From: Thainema sp.
GTDB lineage: Bacteria; Cyanobacteriota; Cyanobacteriia; Phormidesmidales; Phormidesmidaceae
DNA: 22,324 nt
Direction of reading: 5' to 3'
Assembly (NCBI GenBank): GCA_052168235.1
Contig: JBQLZK010000091.1
Coordinates: 1-22,324, forward strand
Below, in pieces: positions 9,342 to 18,173 of this stretch (its first letter is position 1; each line of letters begins with the position of its first letter). The translations under genes and the position numbers were made by a program. The notes beneath the pieces are model-generated. The model did not search any database. It worked only from the letters and a program-made list of their open reading frames with translations, and was not told where the DNA came from.

Positions 9342-10295
9342 TTAAGGCTCGGCTGGAAGCGGTTGCGCATAGACACCAATATGATTGGCAATTGGTCGCT
9401 GACGCATTGGGATACGGGTATGAATTGGCGAATTCAGCAGCATGTATTCGTTTGCAAACAATCGATTGGCATGAGACCGCTCAATCACGAGTGTGGTGGA
9501 ACCTCCACCGTCTAAATTCAGTGCCGTATCGGCTCCAAGTTCAATTAAAAAAGGCGTCAGTTCAGCCAGCGTTATCCCCTCGCTGTATCTGGGTTGGCGA
9601 CCATCCACGATGACAAACCATAGCTTTTGCTGTGATTGATCGATAGCAACTACCGTGCGCGGAAACAGGCGATCCTGGTCGCTATCGGGATTCAAATCAA
9701 CGGGTTGGCCCGTTTCGATTACGATTTCTCGACCAGTCAACGCATAGTCTGTCCCTGCTGGGCAATCAATTTGCTGAGTGATTGAAACTTGCTGCCCCTG
9801 GATGCAGAGTGCAGCCCAGTCAGGTTGGGGATCTGAATAGATTTGGCCATCTGCGATCGCAACTCCAACCACGTTAACCGGATCACCAGAACGGGGATAA
9901 AAATCTAGTGGATGGTGTTCATGGAAGGGGTAAAAAAAGCTACCGCTAATGACCAACTGGAACTGGTAGCGCTGCAGGGCATCCGACGTAGTTTGAGCGA
10001 CCGTGTCGTATTGATCCTGAAGGGCTTGATGATCAGCAACACCAGACAGTTCAGATGGAGTGACGACGAGCTGCAAGCCGGGTGCCGTCAAGTCTAGCGA
10101 GACCACATGCACCATGAGTGGGCGAGGCTGTGAAAGCACTTGCCGCCGATAGTGAACGCCCTGAAATAGCGGGCGTCCCGTATCTGTACGGGGCGGACGC
10201 CGAATCAGTAAAATGCTATACCCCCCTACTAATAGCAGGAGGAAGACGCCTGCGACTTGCCCCAAACGCTTAAGCTGTAGTTTCCAACCGAACAT
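9342..10295 (-). CDS. Phosphodiester glycosidase (NAGPA) family protein with N-terminal membrane anchor
   Basis: FPRTVVAID..WFVIVDGRQPRYSEGITLAEL..LGADTALNLDGGGSTTL..RPIANHIGV. Confidence 0.9.
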   Translation of the reverse strand: MFGWKLQLKRLGQVAGVFLLLLVGGYSILLIRRPPRTDTGRPLFQGVHYRRQVLSQPRPLMVHVVSLDLTAPGLQLVVTPSELSGVADHQALQDQYDTVAQTTSDALQRYQFQLVISGSFFYPFHEHHPLDFYPRSGDPVNVVGVAIADGQIYSDPQPDWAALCIQGQQVSITQQIDCPAGTDYALTGREIVIETGQPVDLNPDSDQDRLFPRTVVAIDQSQQKLWFVIVDGRQPRYSEGITLAELTPFLIELGADTALNLDGGGSTTLVIERSHANRLFANEYMLLNSPIHTRIPMRQRPIANHIGVYAQPLPAEP

Positions 10296-10428
10296 AAACT
10301 TGCCGCATCTCGCCGCACCCAGTTAGCTTCATCACAATGGTTGTGAATTCCAGTTTGGCCAGATGCAAGAGTAGGCACAATTAAACTACAATCCAGACGA
10401 AGGCATCGAATTTTTACGTTAAATCACT

Positions 10429-10818
10429 ATGTCAGAAAAACGTACAGGCGCTTTTATAACCGGTATGGTGCTAGGAGCTGCAGTTGGAGCGATTACCGGC
10501 TTGCTGACTGCGCCGAAAACCGGTCGGGAAACCCGGCGAATTCTGAAAAAGTCAGCCGATGCTTTACCTGAACTGGCAGAAGATCTCTCAACCAGCATTC
10601 AATTGCAGACTGGACGGCTCTCGGATTCAGCACTGCGCCGCTGGGATGAGACGTTGATCCGCTTACGAGATGCGATCGCAGCTGGACAGATGGCGCAGCA
10701 AGAAGAAGCCCAGTTTTTGCAACAATACGATCAATATGATCAGGTAAATCGCCGCTCCGAGAGTGAAATGCGCGATCGCGATGACAGCCGCGACATTGAA
10801 ACCTCTAATTCTGCCTAA
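10429..10818 (+). CDS. YtxH domain protein
   Basis: GAFITGMVLGAAVGAITGLLTAPKTGRETR signature. Confidence 0.9.
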   Translation: MSEKRTGAFITGMVLGAAVGAITGLLTAPKTGRETRRILKKSADALPELAEDLSTSIQLQTGRLSDSALRRWDETLIRLRDAIAAGQMAQQEEAQFLQQYDQYDQVNRRSESEMRDRDDSRDIETSNSA

Positions 10819-10869
10819 AGATTACCTGCGCTTATTTGCCCTCATCCTCGTTTCAACCTCCCACTGCTT

Positions 10870-11388
10870 GTGTTTGAACCGCTTCTCTGGCTGATTATTT
10901 CCGTTCTGTTACTGGCAGTCAGTTTGGTTGCCGTCTTTGTGGTGGCATTGCCGACGCTGCATGAGCTAGCCCGTGCCGCTCGCAGTGTAGAAAAACTCTG
11001 CGACACGCTGAGCCGAGAACTACCGCCCACCCTCGAATCAATTCGCTTAACCAGCATGGAGATCAGCGACTTGACCGACGATATGAACGAAGGGGTGCAA
11101 AGCGCCGGACGAGTTGTTCAGCAGGTTGATGAAAGCATGAAAACACTTAGACATCAAACGCGCCAAGCTCGCATTACAACCCGCAGCGTTTGGGTAGGGG
11201 CACGAACTGCTTGGCGAACATTTACCGGTTCAAGCTATCGCACGCCACGAAATTTACCCGCAGGCTCTCAACCCATGAGCCTCCCCAGACAGTCACAGTA
11301 CGAACAGCCACAACCCGACCAGTCAATGTTTCACGCTGCTCATCCTGATCCATCTCGCTCTGACCCAAGACAAGATTTCCCTGAATAG
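10870..11388 (+). CDS. DUF948 family membrane protein
   Basis: N-terminal TM, then ALPTLHELARAARSVEKLCDTLSRELPPTLESIRLT; adjacent to the YtxH gene. Confidence 0.8.
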   Translation: MFEPLLWLIISVLLLAVSLVAVFVVALPTLHELARAARSVEKLCDTLSRELPPTLESIRLTSMEISDLTDDMNEGVQSAGRVVQQVDESMKTLRHQTRQARITTRSVWVGARTAWRTFTGSSYRTPRNLPAGSQPMSLPRQSQYEQPQPDQSMFHAAHPDPSRSDPRQDFPE

Positions 11389-11440
11389 TTTCCGGTAATA
11401 GTTTTCTGCGACAGTTTTCTGCGACAGTTTTCTGCGCCAG
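11387..11440. repeat. 13-bp tandem repeat AGTTTTCTGCGAC, 3 copies plus 1 degenerate
   Basis: agtttccggtaat / agttttctgcgac / agttttctgcgac / agttttctgcgcc / ag. Confidence 0.85.
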
Positions 11441-11743
11441 ATGGCAGTCCAAATGGAATTCACGAGCAGCCACCCGCACAAAATCCATACTAAAAGTCTG
11501 ATCACAAGCCCCATGTAGCTATAGGTCTCAGCCACATAGCCAAGCCGTATAGTTCAAAACCTGCATTCACAGGTTATGTAACCAAAGATTGACGGTTTGC
11601 GCAAAAAATCAATATTATTAGACTTAACATAAGAACTGTAAAGAAACGTTTACGATCTTCTCATAATCGCTAGGCAGTGACGCTAGTGAGCTGCTCCGAT
11701 AGCGTTTCTATATCTTTATTAAAAGTTTTTGGTGAGGTTGCCG

Positions 11744-12553
11744 ATGCGTCGTATTCTTCCTGCTCATAATGTCCTGCAAGCTTTGGTTGCGATTATTTTC
11801 GCAGTGACGGTCTGGGCCATCGCTCCAGCTGCTCAGGCATATGACAATCCTGAGCTTCTACCCGAAGAAGCCACATCGGTAATTGACTTAGCTAAATCCC
11901 TCAGCAACCAGCAGGAATCCGACCTCAATGCTGAACTGGAACAGTTTGAAACTGCAACAGGCTGGAAACTGAGAGTCCTGACCCAGTTTGATCAAACTCC
12001 AGGACGAGCGGTGAAGGAATTCTGGGGACTCGATGACAAAAGTATTTTGCTGATTGCTGATCCGCGTGGCGGTAATCTGCTCAACTTTAGTGTGGGTGAT
12101 GCAGCCTATGAGTTACTGCCGCGCACCTTCTGGATTGAGCTGCAAACTCGCTACGGTAATCAGTTTTTTGTTCGAGACAATGGCGAAGACCTCTCAATTT
12201 TGTCAGCCCTCCACTCCATTGAAGGATGCCTCCAGCAGGGTGGTTGCAATGTTGTGCCGGGTCTGCCACAGGAACAGTGGGTTCTGACACTGGTGACATC
12301 AATCTTGGGTGGTGCGATTTTCGGCTTCGCGGCTCAGCCTCGTAACGGCAAGGTCTTTGCTTGGCAGTGGGCGTTAATCTTCTCTCCCCTGTGGGGCATT
12401 TTGTTTATCGCATTCGGCATTGGCCCGGTTGTAACTCGCACCAGCGATTTGTTGCCGCTAATTCGTAACATTGCTGGATTTGCGATCGGAGCTTTAGTGG
12501 CTTACCTATCACCGTACTTCTCAGCCTCTTCTACGTCCGAATCTGAAACCTAA
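11744..12553 (+). CDS. TPM domain-containing membrane protein (thylakoid lumen 15 kDa protein-like)
   Basis: Signal peptide ending AQA, YDNPELLP..VIDLAK..TGWKLRVLTQFDQTPGRAVKEFWGLD..FWIELQTRYGN, followed by 3 TM helices. Confidence 0.8.
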   Translation: MRRILPAHNVLQALVAIIFAVTVWAIAPAAQAYDNPELLPEEATSVIDLAKSLSNQQESDLNAELEQFETATGWKLRVLTQFDQTPGRAVKEFWGLDDKSILLIADPRGGNLLNFSVGDAAYELLPRTFWIELQTRYGNQFFVRDNGEDLSILSALHSIEGCLQQGGCNVVPGLPQEQWVLTLVTSILGGAIFGFAAQPRNGKVFAWQWALIFSPLWGILFIAFGIGPVVTRTSDLLPLIRNIAGFAIGALVAYLSPYFSASSTSESET

Positions 12554-12572
12554 TGCTTTGTCAAGTGTGTTT

Positions 12573-12611
12573 TGAGGGGTAGAAGAATTTTCAAAATTCT
12601 TCTACCCCTCA
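12573..12611. terminator. Perfect 19-bp inverted repeat downstream of the TPM gene
   Basis: tgaggggtagaagaatttt-c-aaaattcttctacccctca. Confidence 0.6.
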
Positions 12612-12686
12612 TCTCTACTCTGACAGACCACTAAGCTTAAAACACAATTCTGTCCGACAATTGAATTGACAGTATTGCATTTGAAC

Positions 12687-12736
12687 AAAAGCATGTGGGG
12701 CAGTTGCGCTAAACGTAACTGCCCCACATGCTTTTT
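12687..12736. repeat. 22-bp inverted repeat with A/T-tract ends (terminator-like; resembles the element at 6078)
   Basis: aaaagcatgtggggcagttgcg-ctaaa-cgtaactgccccacatgctttt(t), one G-T mismatch. Confidence 0.8.
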
Positions 12737-12740
12737 CAAT

Positions 12741-12880
12741 GAAGAGGGTAGAAGGGTAGGAGAGTAAGAGAGTGATGGAGCAGCGTTTCTGCGTCATACC
12801 ATCCCCCCAGTACTCAATCCTCAGCACTCAGCGAGCAGCCCAGTACCTAGCAACCAATATCCATCACCCAGTCCCCAGAT
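12741..12880. repeat. Degenerate 8-mer and 7-mer short tandem repeats (STRR-like)
   Basis: agaagggt/aggagagt/aagagagt, then ccccagt/actcaat/cctcagc/actcagc...acctagc/aaccaat/atccatc/acccagt/ccccaga. Confidence 0.6.
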
Positions 12881-13122
12881 CTTCACCAGCATTCGTTAGA
12901 TAAAACCGATAGAACTTTGTCCCCTTGGTTAATGCATAACTCTCAGTCATCAAGAGTTAAGTCGTGTTAAGCATGTGTAGCCATTGTCGCTTTGGTAAAG
13001 CCATAAACGGTTAGGTGCAAATTTTAGGATGAGCGTTCCCAAAACGGCGGGCACTCAATTCATGGTTCGTCAAAACCAATCTGACTGCATTGGATTTAAC
13101 TGCACTCAAGGAGCTGAAAATC

Positions 13123-13836
13123 GTGGTCAACATTAGTTTTAAGAAAGGGGTTTGCTGGGTCAAGGTGGGACTGATTGTGGCCAGTTTATTGTTATCAAGC
13201 CCATCGGCGATGGCCCAAATCATCGAATTTCCGCCGACAGGCGATCGCAGGGGGCCAATTCGGACGGCAGGGGGCGGTACACGCAGCGGGCCAAACTGTA
13301 TTGCCAGAGTGCCTGAACCACTCACCGCGATCGCACCGACCAACAACTGGATCAAGACTGTCGGCGAGGAATCAAACTTGTTTTGGTATGTTCCGCCAAC
13401 CGTGGCAGCAGAAGCGCTATTTGAACTGCGTGAGTCAGCGGGTGAACTGATTTACAGCACAACCATCGAGCTATCTGGCGAAGCCAGTATTGTGAGTCTT
13501 CAGTTACCGTCAGATCTAGAACTGCAGTCCGATCAGGTCTACAGCTGGAAGCTGAGCCCTATCTGCGATCGCGAACGCTTAAACTTGAATCCATTTGTAG
13601 AGGGCTGGATCAGTCGAGTTGAGGCCGACGCAGAGTTAGCGGTGGCACTCGCTGAAGCCGATGATCCAATCGCACAGGCGCAACTTTACGCCAATGCTGA
13701 ACTGTGGCCCGAAACAGTTGCGATCGCAGCAGCACTGCGAGAAACACAGCCGGAAATTTGGCAACAGCTTTTGACCTCAGTCGGGCTAGAATCCATTGCA
13801 GGAGTTCCGTTCGCTGTTGTCCCACCGGAGTTATGA
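13123..13836 (+). CDS. DUF928 domain exported protein
   Basis: Signal peptide, P.RTAGGGTR..C..LTAIAP..LFWYVP..YSWKLSPIC..VEGWISRV..LYANAELWPET..WQQLLTSVGL. AGGAG before GTG 13123 (alternative TTG 13090). Confidence 0.85.
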   Translation: MVNISFKKGVCWVKVGLIVASLLLSSPSAMAQIIEFPPTGDRRGPIRTAGGGTRSGPNCIARVPEPLTAIAPTNNWIKTVGEESNLFWYVPPTVAAEALFELRESAGELIYSTTIELSGEASIVSLQLPSDLELQSDQVYSWKLSPICDRERLNLNPFVEGWISRVEADAELAVALAEADDPIAQAQLYANAELWPETVAIAAALRETQPEIWQQLLTSVGLESIAGVPFAVVPPEL

Positions 13837-15512
13837 TCCTGGTCATTCAGACCTTACTCTCCAATTTGATTCAGCTCTTTACGGCTCCCATGTTTTACCT
13901 GGGCGGCACCGCTGTGTCGGTCCTGCTGCTCTTGAAACTGGGGGCCGCTTTGCTGATCGTGCTGCTGGTCATCCGGCTGCTCAAGAGTTTTCTCAAAACC
14001 CATCTGCTCAGCCGCTTCAAGATCGATGCCAGCAATCAAGAAGCGATCGCAACCATGATCAGCTACTTTTTGGGCGCAATTAGCTTTTTGGTGATCATCC
14101 AAAGCACTGGGTTCAACCTCGCCTCTGTTGGTTTGATTCTGGGCGGTCTAGGCGTTGGCATCGGCTTCGGGCTGCAAAATACAACCAATGACTTCATCAG
14201 CGGGCTGACGCTGCTCTTTGAGCGCACGCTTAAAGTCGGTGACTTCATCGAGTTTGATGGACTAGCAGGCTATATCAAAGAGGTCAAGCTGCGCTCCACC
14301 ATCATTCGGACGCTAGATGACGGCGATGTAGTGGTGCCGAACAGTCATTTAATCGAAAATCGCATTCTCAACTGGAGCTACGACAACTTTACAGCGCGAC
14401 TGCGGATTCCAGTCGCCGTCGCCTACGGCAGCGATCCGGTACTGGTAACCGAAACACTGCTCAAATCAGCCTATATGGAACCAAACGTGCTGCGGGAACC
14501 GCTGCCGCGCATCAACTTCATTGATTTCGGCGACAGCGCTCTCAGATTTGAAGTTCGAGTCTGGGTCAGCCAAATCGACCGCCGAGATGACATTATCAGC
14601 TCACTAAACTTCGTGATTGAGTACAATCTGCGCCAGCAGGGCATTCGAATCCCATTTCCCCAGCGTGATGTGTGGCTGCGAGACACAAGCAGTTTCCCCT
14701 ACGTTCCCAATGGCTCAACTCGTTACGGGCCAGCTTGGACACCACCGATAACTGAACCGATCAACGTTGATTCGGATCGTCTCAATACAGTTCGTTTGAA
14801 TAACGGTCAAGCTGCACCAAACGGCCGCCGTTTCGATAGCACCGATCAAACCAACACCGATCAAACCAACACCGATCATCAACTTAATCAGGATCCAAAC
14901 CGTCAGATTAATGAGTTAGGCGTCACACAGAACCGTAATTTTCTACGAGACGGCAAAGCCGAACGCATCTTCTCGCAATCAACGGATCGGGCTAACACTC
15001 TGAGCGTATTGCTGCGACAGGTGCGCTACTTTGAAAACCTATCTGAAATAGACATTCGGCAACTGATTGAGATTGGCTATCGTACCCAATTTGCCCCCAG
15101 TGAACTGATCTTTCGCGAAGGCGATCCTGGTGATGCTTTTTATGTCATCCTCTCGGGACAGGTCGAAGTGCTAGCGGAACGCCTCCAAAAGCGGCTCACG
15201 ATTCTGGAAGCGGGTCAGTTTTTTGGAGAAGTCTCGTTACTGCTGGGCATTCCCCGCACAGCCACTGTGCGAACAACGGCCAATACTCTACTGTTTGTGA
15301 TCAATAGCCGCAGTTTTTCGAAACTACTGCAGGATTATCCTAATTTGGCTGAATCCATTATTCAGGAATTTGGTCAGCACCGCGACGAACTGCATCAGCG
15401 TCAGCAAGAACTACGTCGGCTGGGACTGCTGGATCAGCAAGAAGATGAGCGTAATCCAGTTGATTGGGCCCGTAAACGAATTCAACAACTGTTTAATCTG
15501 AAAACTGTTTGA
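13833..15512 (+). CDS. MscS-family mechanosensitive channel with C-terminal cyclic nucleotide-binding domain
   Basis: GGLGVGIGFGLQN..FISGLTLLFERTLKVGDFI..VPNSHL..NWS..GIRIPFPQRDV, then CNB domain IFREGDPGDAFYVILSGQV..FFGEVSLLLGIPRTATV. The ATG overlaps the DUF928 stop (ATGA). Confidence 0.92.
   Translation: MILVIQTLLSNLIQLFTAPMFYLGGTAVSVLLLLKLGAALLIVLLVIRLLKSFLKTHLLSRFKIDASNQEAIATMISYFLGAISFLVIIQSTGFNLASVGLILGGLGVGIGFGLQNTTNDFISGLTLLFERTLKVGDFIEFDGLAGYIKEVKLRSTIIRTLDDGDVVVPNSHLIENRILNWSYDNFTARLRIPVAVAYGSDPVLVTETLLKSAYMEPNVLREPLPRINFIDFGDSALRFEVRVWVSQIDRRDDIISSLNFVIEYNLRQQGIRIPFPQRDVWLRDTSSFPYVPNGSTRYGPAWTPPITEPINVDSDRLNTVRLNNGQAAPNGRRFDSTDQTNTDQTNTDHQLNQDPNRQINELGVTQNRNFLRDGKAERIFSQSTDRANTLSVLLRQVRYFENLSEIDIRQLIEIGYRTQFAPSELIFREGDPGDAFYVILSGQVEVLAERLQKRLTILEAGQFFGEVSLLLGIPRTATVRTTANTLLFVINSRSFSKLLQDYPNLAESIIQEFGQHRDELHQRQQELRRLGLLDQQEDERNPVDWARKRIQQLFNLKTV
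14840..14878 (+). repeat. In-frame 15-bp repeat CACCGATCAAACCAA, about 2.6 copies (TDQTN)
   Basis: Read directly, in the linker between the MscS and CNB domains. Confidence 0.9.
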
Positions 15513-15633
15513 AGGAAACAAATAGACAAATTATGTTAATTAAGTAACATTTTTATCTTTTAAAGTTCTCTGTCCTTGCTACGCTCAGCAGTAATTTAAA
15601 ACGTTCCCGATTTTCCTGCGGAGGGTAGTTGAC

Positions 15634-16815
15634 GTGAATCACAGGCGTTCCTTTCTCTTATCTCGACGCCAAGTCATGCGAGGAATGCTCGCTGCCACAG
15701 CATTTGGAGTCGCAAAGTTCGGTACAGGCTGTAGCCCTACTGGTAACGGTACCGCTAGCAGTGGGGAAGGTGGTGGAGAGCCGTTAGTCGTCGGCTTTAT
15801 TTACGTTGGCCCCAAAGATGACTACGGTTACAACCAAGCCCATGCTGAAGGCGCAGCGGCAATGGCTCAGGTCGCAGGCATCAAGCTGATTGAAGAAGCC
15901 AGCGTACCGGAAACTACCGCCGTGCTAGAAACCATGCGCAGCATGATCGAAATTGACGGCGCAAAAGCTCTATTTCCCACCTCATTTGGCTATTTCGATC
16001 CGTACATTCTTGAGTTAGCCGCCGAGTTCCCAGACGTGCAGTTCTTCCATGCGGGTGGACTCTACCAGGAAGGCACCCATCCTGACAATGTCGGTAGCTA
16101 CTTTGGCTACATCGATGAAGCGCAATATGTAGCTGGCGTTGTGGCGGGTCATGCGACGCAGTCTGGCAAGCTAGGCTTCGTGGCGGCCAAACCGATTCCC
16201 CAGGTGTTGCGCAACATCAACAGTTTTACGTTGGGAGCCAAGTCGGTAAAACCCGAAATTACCACCCAGGTCATCTTCACGGGCGATTGGGCACTTCCAG
16301 TTAAGGAAGCCGAAGCGACAAATAGTATGGCGGATCAAGGCGTTGATGTTGTCACCTGCCATGTAGACAGCCCCAAGGTCGTAATCGAAACGGCGGAAAA
16401 GCGGGGTATTTATAGCTCTGGCTATCACGCCAATCAAGCTGATCTCGCGCCCCAGGGCTATTTGACGGGGGCTGAGTGGGACTGGAGCAGCATTTATACA
16501 CAGTTTGCCAATGATCTCTTGGCGGGTAAAACCCTGATGAATGGTGACATCCCTCATATTATGCGAGGCGGACTGTCAGCCAAGTTCTGTAAGATGTCGC
16601 CCTATGGGCCAGCAGTGAGTGAAGAGGCCAAAACGGCGGCTGATGCGGCTAAAGAGGCGATTATGAGTGAGCAGCTTGTAATTTACAAAGGGCCGTTAAA
16701 GTCGAACGCAGGACAAGATGTGCTGCCGGAAGGCCAGGAATACAAGCAACAAGACGTTGAACTGGAGAAGATGGACTACCTGATTGAGGGAGTTGATGGA
16801 TCGGTTTCCTCCTAG
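15634..16815 (+). CDS. BMP family ABC transporter substrate-binding lipoprotein with Tat-type signal
   Basis: SRRQVM twin-arginine motif, lipobox-like GTGC, VGFIYVGPKDDYGYNQAHAEG, LRNINSFTLGA. GGAGG upstream. Confidence 0.9.
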   Translation: MNHRRSFLLSRRQVMRGMLAATAFGVAKFGTGCSPTGNGTASSGEGGGEPLVVGFIYVGPKDDYGYNQAHAEGAAAMAQVAGIKLIEEASVPETTAVLETMRSMIEIDGAKALFPTSFGYFDPYILELAAEFPDVQFFHAGGLYQEGTHPDNVGSYFGYIDEAQYVAGVVAGHATQSGKLGFVAAKPIPQVLRNINSFTLGAKSVKPEITTQVIFTGDWALPVKEAEATNSMADQGVDVVTCHVDSPKVVIETAEKRGIYSSGYHANQADLAPQGYLTGAEWDWSSIYTQFANDLLAGKTLMNGDIPHIMRGGLSAKFCKMSPYGPAVSEEAKTAADAAKEAIMSEQLVIYKGPLKSNAGQDVLPEGQEYKQQDVELEKMDYLIEGVDGSVSS

Positions 16816-16838
16816 AGCCTTTCATCACGAATGCCCTT

Positions 16839-16904
16839 GTAGGGGCAGGTTTTGCCGACAGTTGAGATCTCAATCGATACATTTGTTGCTAAACCTGCCC
16901 CTAC
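16839..16904. repeat. GTAG-type REP-like palindromic element
   Basis: GTAGGGGCAGGTTT ... AAACCTGCCCCTAC terminal 14-bp inverted repeat, with further imperfect pairing inside. Confidence 0.8.
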
Positions 16905-17021
16905 GGGATACTGGACTGGTTTGAACTTGTCTTTGGTGAAGAGATGCAAGTTGCGATCGCACCTCAACCTTACCTCTCTCCTCGTCTTCATTCCTACTCT
17001 TCGTAGTACAAGCTGATTTTT

Positions 17022-18119
17022 ATGTTGATTGGTCATAACTGGCGACGGTCTTTGGAATCGTTCGTGCTGCCCGTTGGCGCAATTCTATTTGCGCTAATCG
17101 TGTTCGGCATATTTTGTGTCTTTGCGGGTGCGAATCCGTTTGGCGTCTATGCCTCGGTCTACAAGGCCGCCTTTGGCAGCTGGAGCGCTTGGCAGAATAC
17201 GTTGATTCGGGCTTCTCCCCTGATGCTGACGGCGCTGTGTACGGCATTACCCGCTCGGTTGGGCTTGGTGATTATTGGTAACGAGGGGGCTTTGATCATT
17301 GGTGGTCTAGCTGCCGTGATTGTTGGCCTCGCCATGCCGCTGGGACTGTCTCCGCTGATCGTGTTGGGACTGATGGCAGTTGCCAGCATCGTAGCAGGCG
17401 GAATTTGGATCGCCGCTGTGGGGGCGCTGCGCTATTACCGGGGGGTGAATGAAACGATTAGCAGCTTGCTGCTGAACTATGTTGCGATCGCATTCATGAA
17501 TCACCTGGTTGAAGGCCCAATGCGCGATCCGGATTTTGTTACCAAGCCTTCCAGCTTTCAGATTCCAGAAGCGTACTGGCTCGGCAATCTGCCCGGTAGC
17601 CGGATTCATTACGGTCTGTTCTTTGGCATCGTCGCCTGTATCCTGGCCTATATCTTGATTCAGCGCACCACCTTTGGCTTTGCGGCCCGAACCGCTGGTG
17701 GCAATGTTCGAGCCGCCAAAATTGCCGGATTACCCGTTGGTAAGCTGACGCTGGCCATTTGCTTTTTAGGCGGGGCGGCGGCAGGTCTAGCGGGCATGGT
17801 GGAAGTGGCAGCAGTACAGAAGCGGGCCAATGAATCGCTGAATGCTAACTATGGCTATGGCGGGGTTCTGGTGGCGTTTGTCGCAAAACATAATCCCCTT
17901 GCTGCGGTGCTGGTAGCAGTTTTACTCGGTGGCATTTTGGCCAGCGGCGGCATCCTACAGCGATCGCATAATTTACCGGATGCAACCGTGTTGCTATTCC
18001 AGGGAATTGTCTTTCTCTGCGTGCTATACAGCGATTCTCTGTACGGACGTTTCGCGTTCTTTCAAGAGCGCCCCGTTCCCACAACCAGCGTGCCGCCGAC
18101 AACAGCCGTTAGCAGCTAA
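17022..18119 (+). CDS. ABC transporter permease (BPD_transp_2, nucleoside/simple sugar type)
   Basis: Multiple TM segments, NTLIRASPLMLTAL..IGNEGA..GVNETISSLLLNY..GGNVRAAKIAG. Confidence 0.92.
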   Translation: MLIGHNWRRSLESFVLPVGAILFALIVFGIFCVFAGANPFGVYASVYKAAFGSWSAWQNTLIRASPLMLTALCTALPARLGLVIIGNEGALIIGGLAAVIVGLAMPLGLSPLIVLGLMAVASIVAGGIWIAAVGALRYYRGVNETISSLLLNYVAIAFMNHLVEGPMRDPDFVTKPSSFQIPEAYWLGNLPGSRIHYGLFFGIVACILAYILIQRTTFGFAARTAGGNVRAAKIAGLPVGKLTLAICFLGGAAAGLAGMVEVAAVQKRANESLNANYGYGGVLVAFVAKHNPLAAVLVAVLLGGILASGGILQRSHNLPDATVLLFQGIVFLCVLYSDSLYGRFAFFQERPVPTTSVPPTTAVSS

Positions 18120-18173
18120 CCTTTTCCCTCTCCACAACACTCGTGTAACACCGCAATTTTTGAGTAAAACACT

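Noticed and set aside
9086..9515. Opposite-strand ORFs sharing KPQEKVWPP..GGQTFSWGF
   Set aside because: Artefact of translating the perfect 29-bp palindrome on both strands.
11620..11655. NtcA or RpaB (HLR1) site upstream of the TPM gene
   Set aside because: GTA..TAC spacing is 10 rather than 8, and the direct-repeat match is poor.
13704..13832. N-terminal extension of the MscS ORF
   Set aside because: It overlaps the DUF928 CDS out of frame and looks non-protein-like; ATG 13833 at the ATGA overlap is more plausible.
15513..15633. Riboswitch (guanidine or purine) upstream of the ABC importer
   Set aside because: Short AT-rich leader with no recognisable aptamer motifs.
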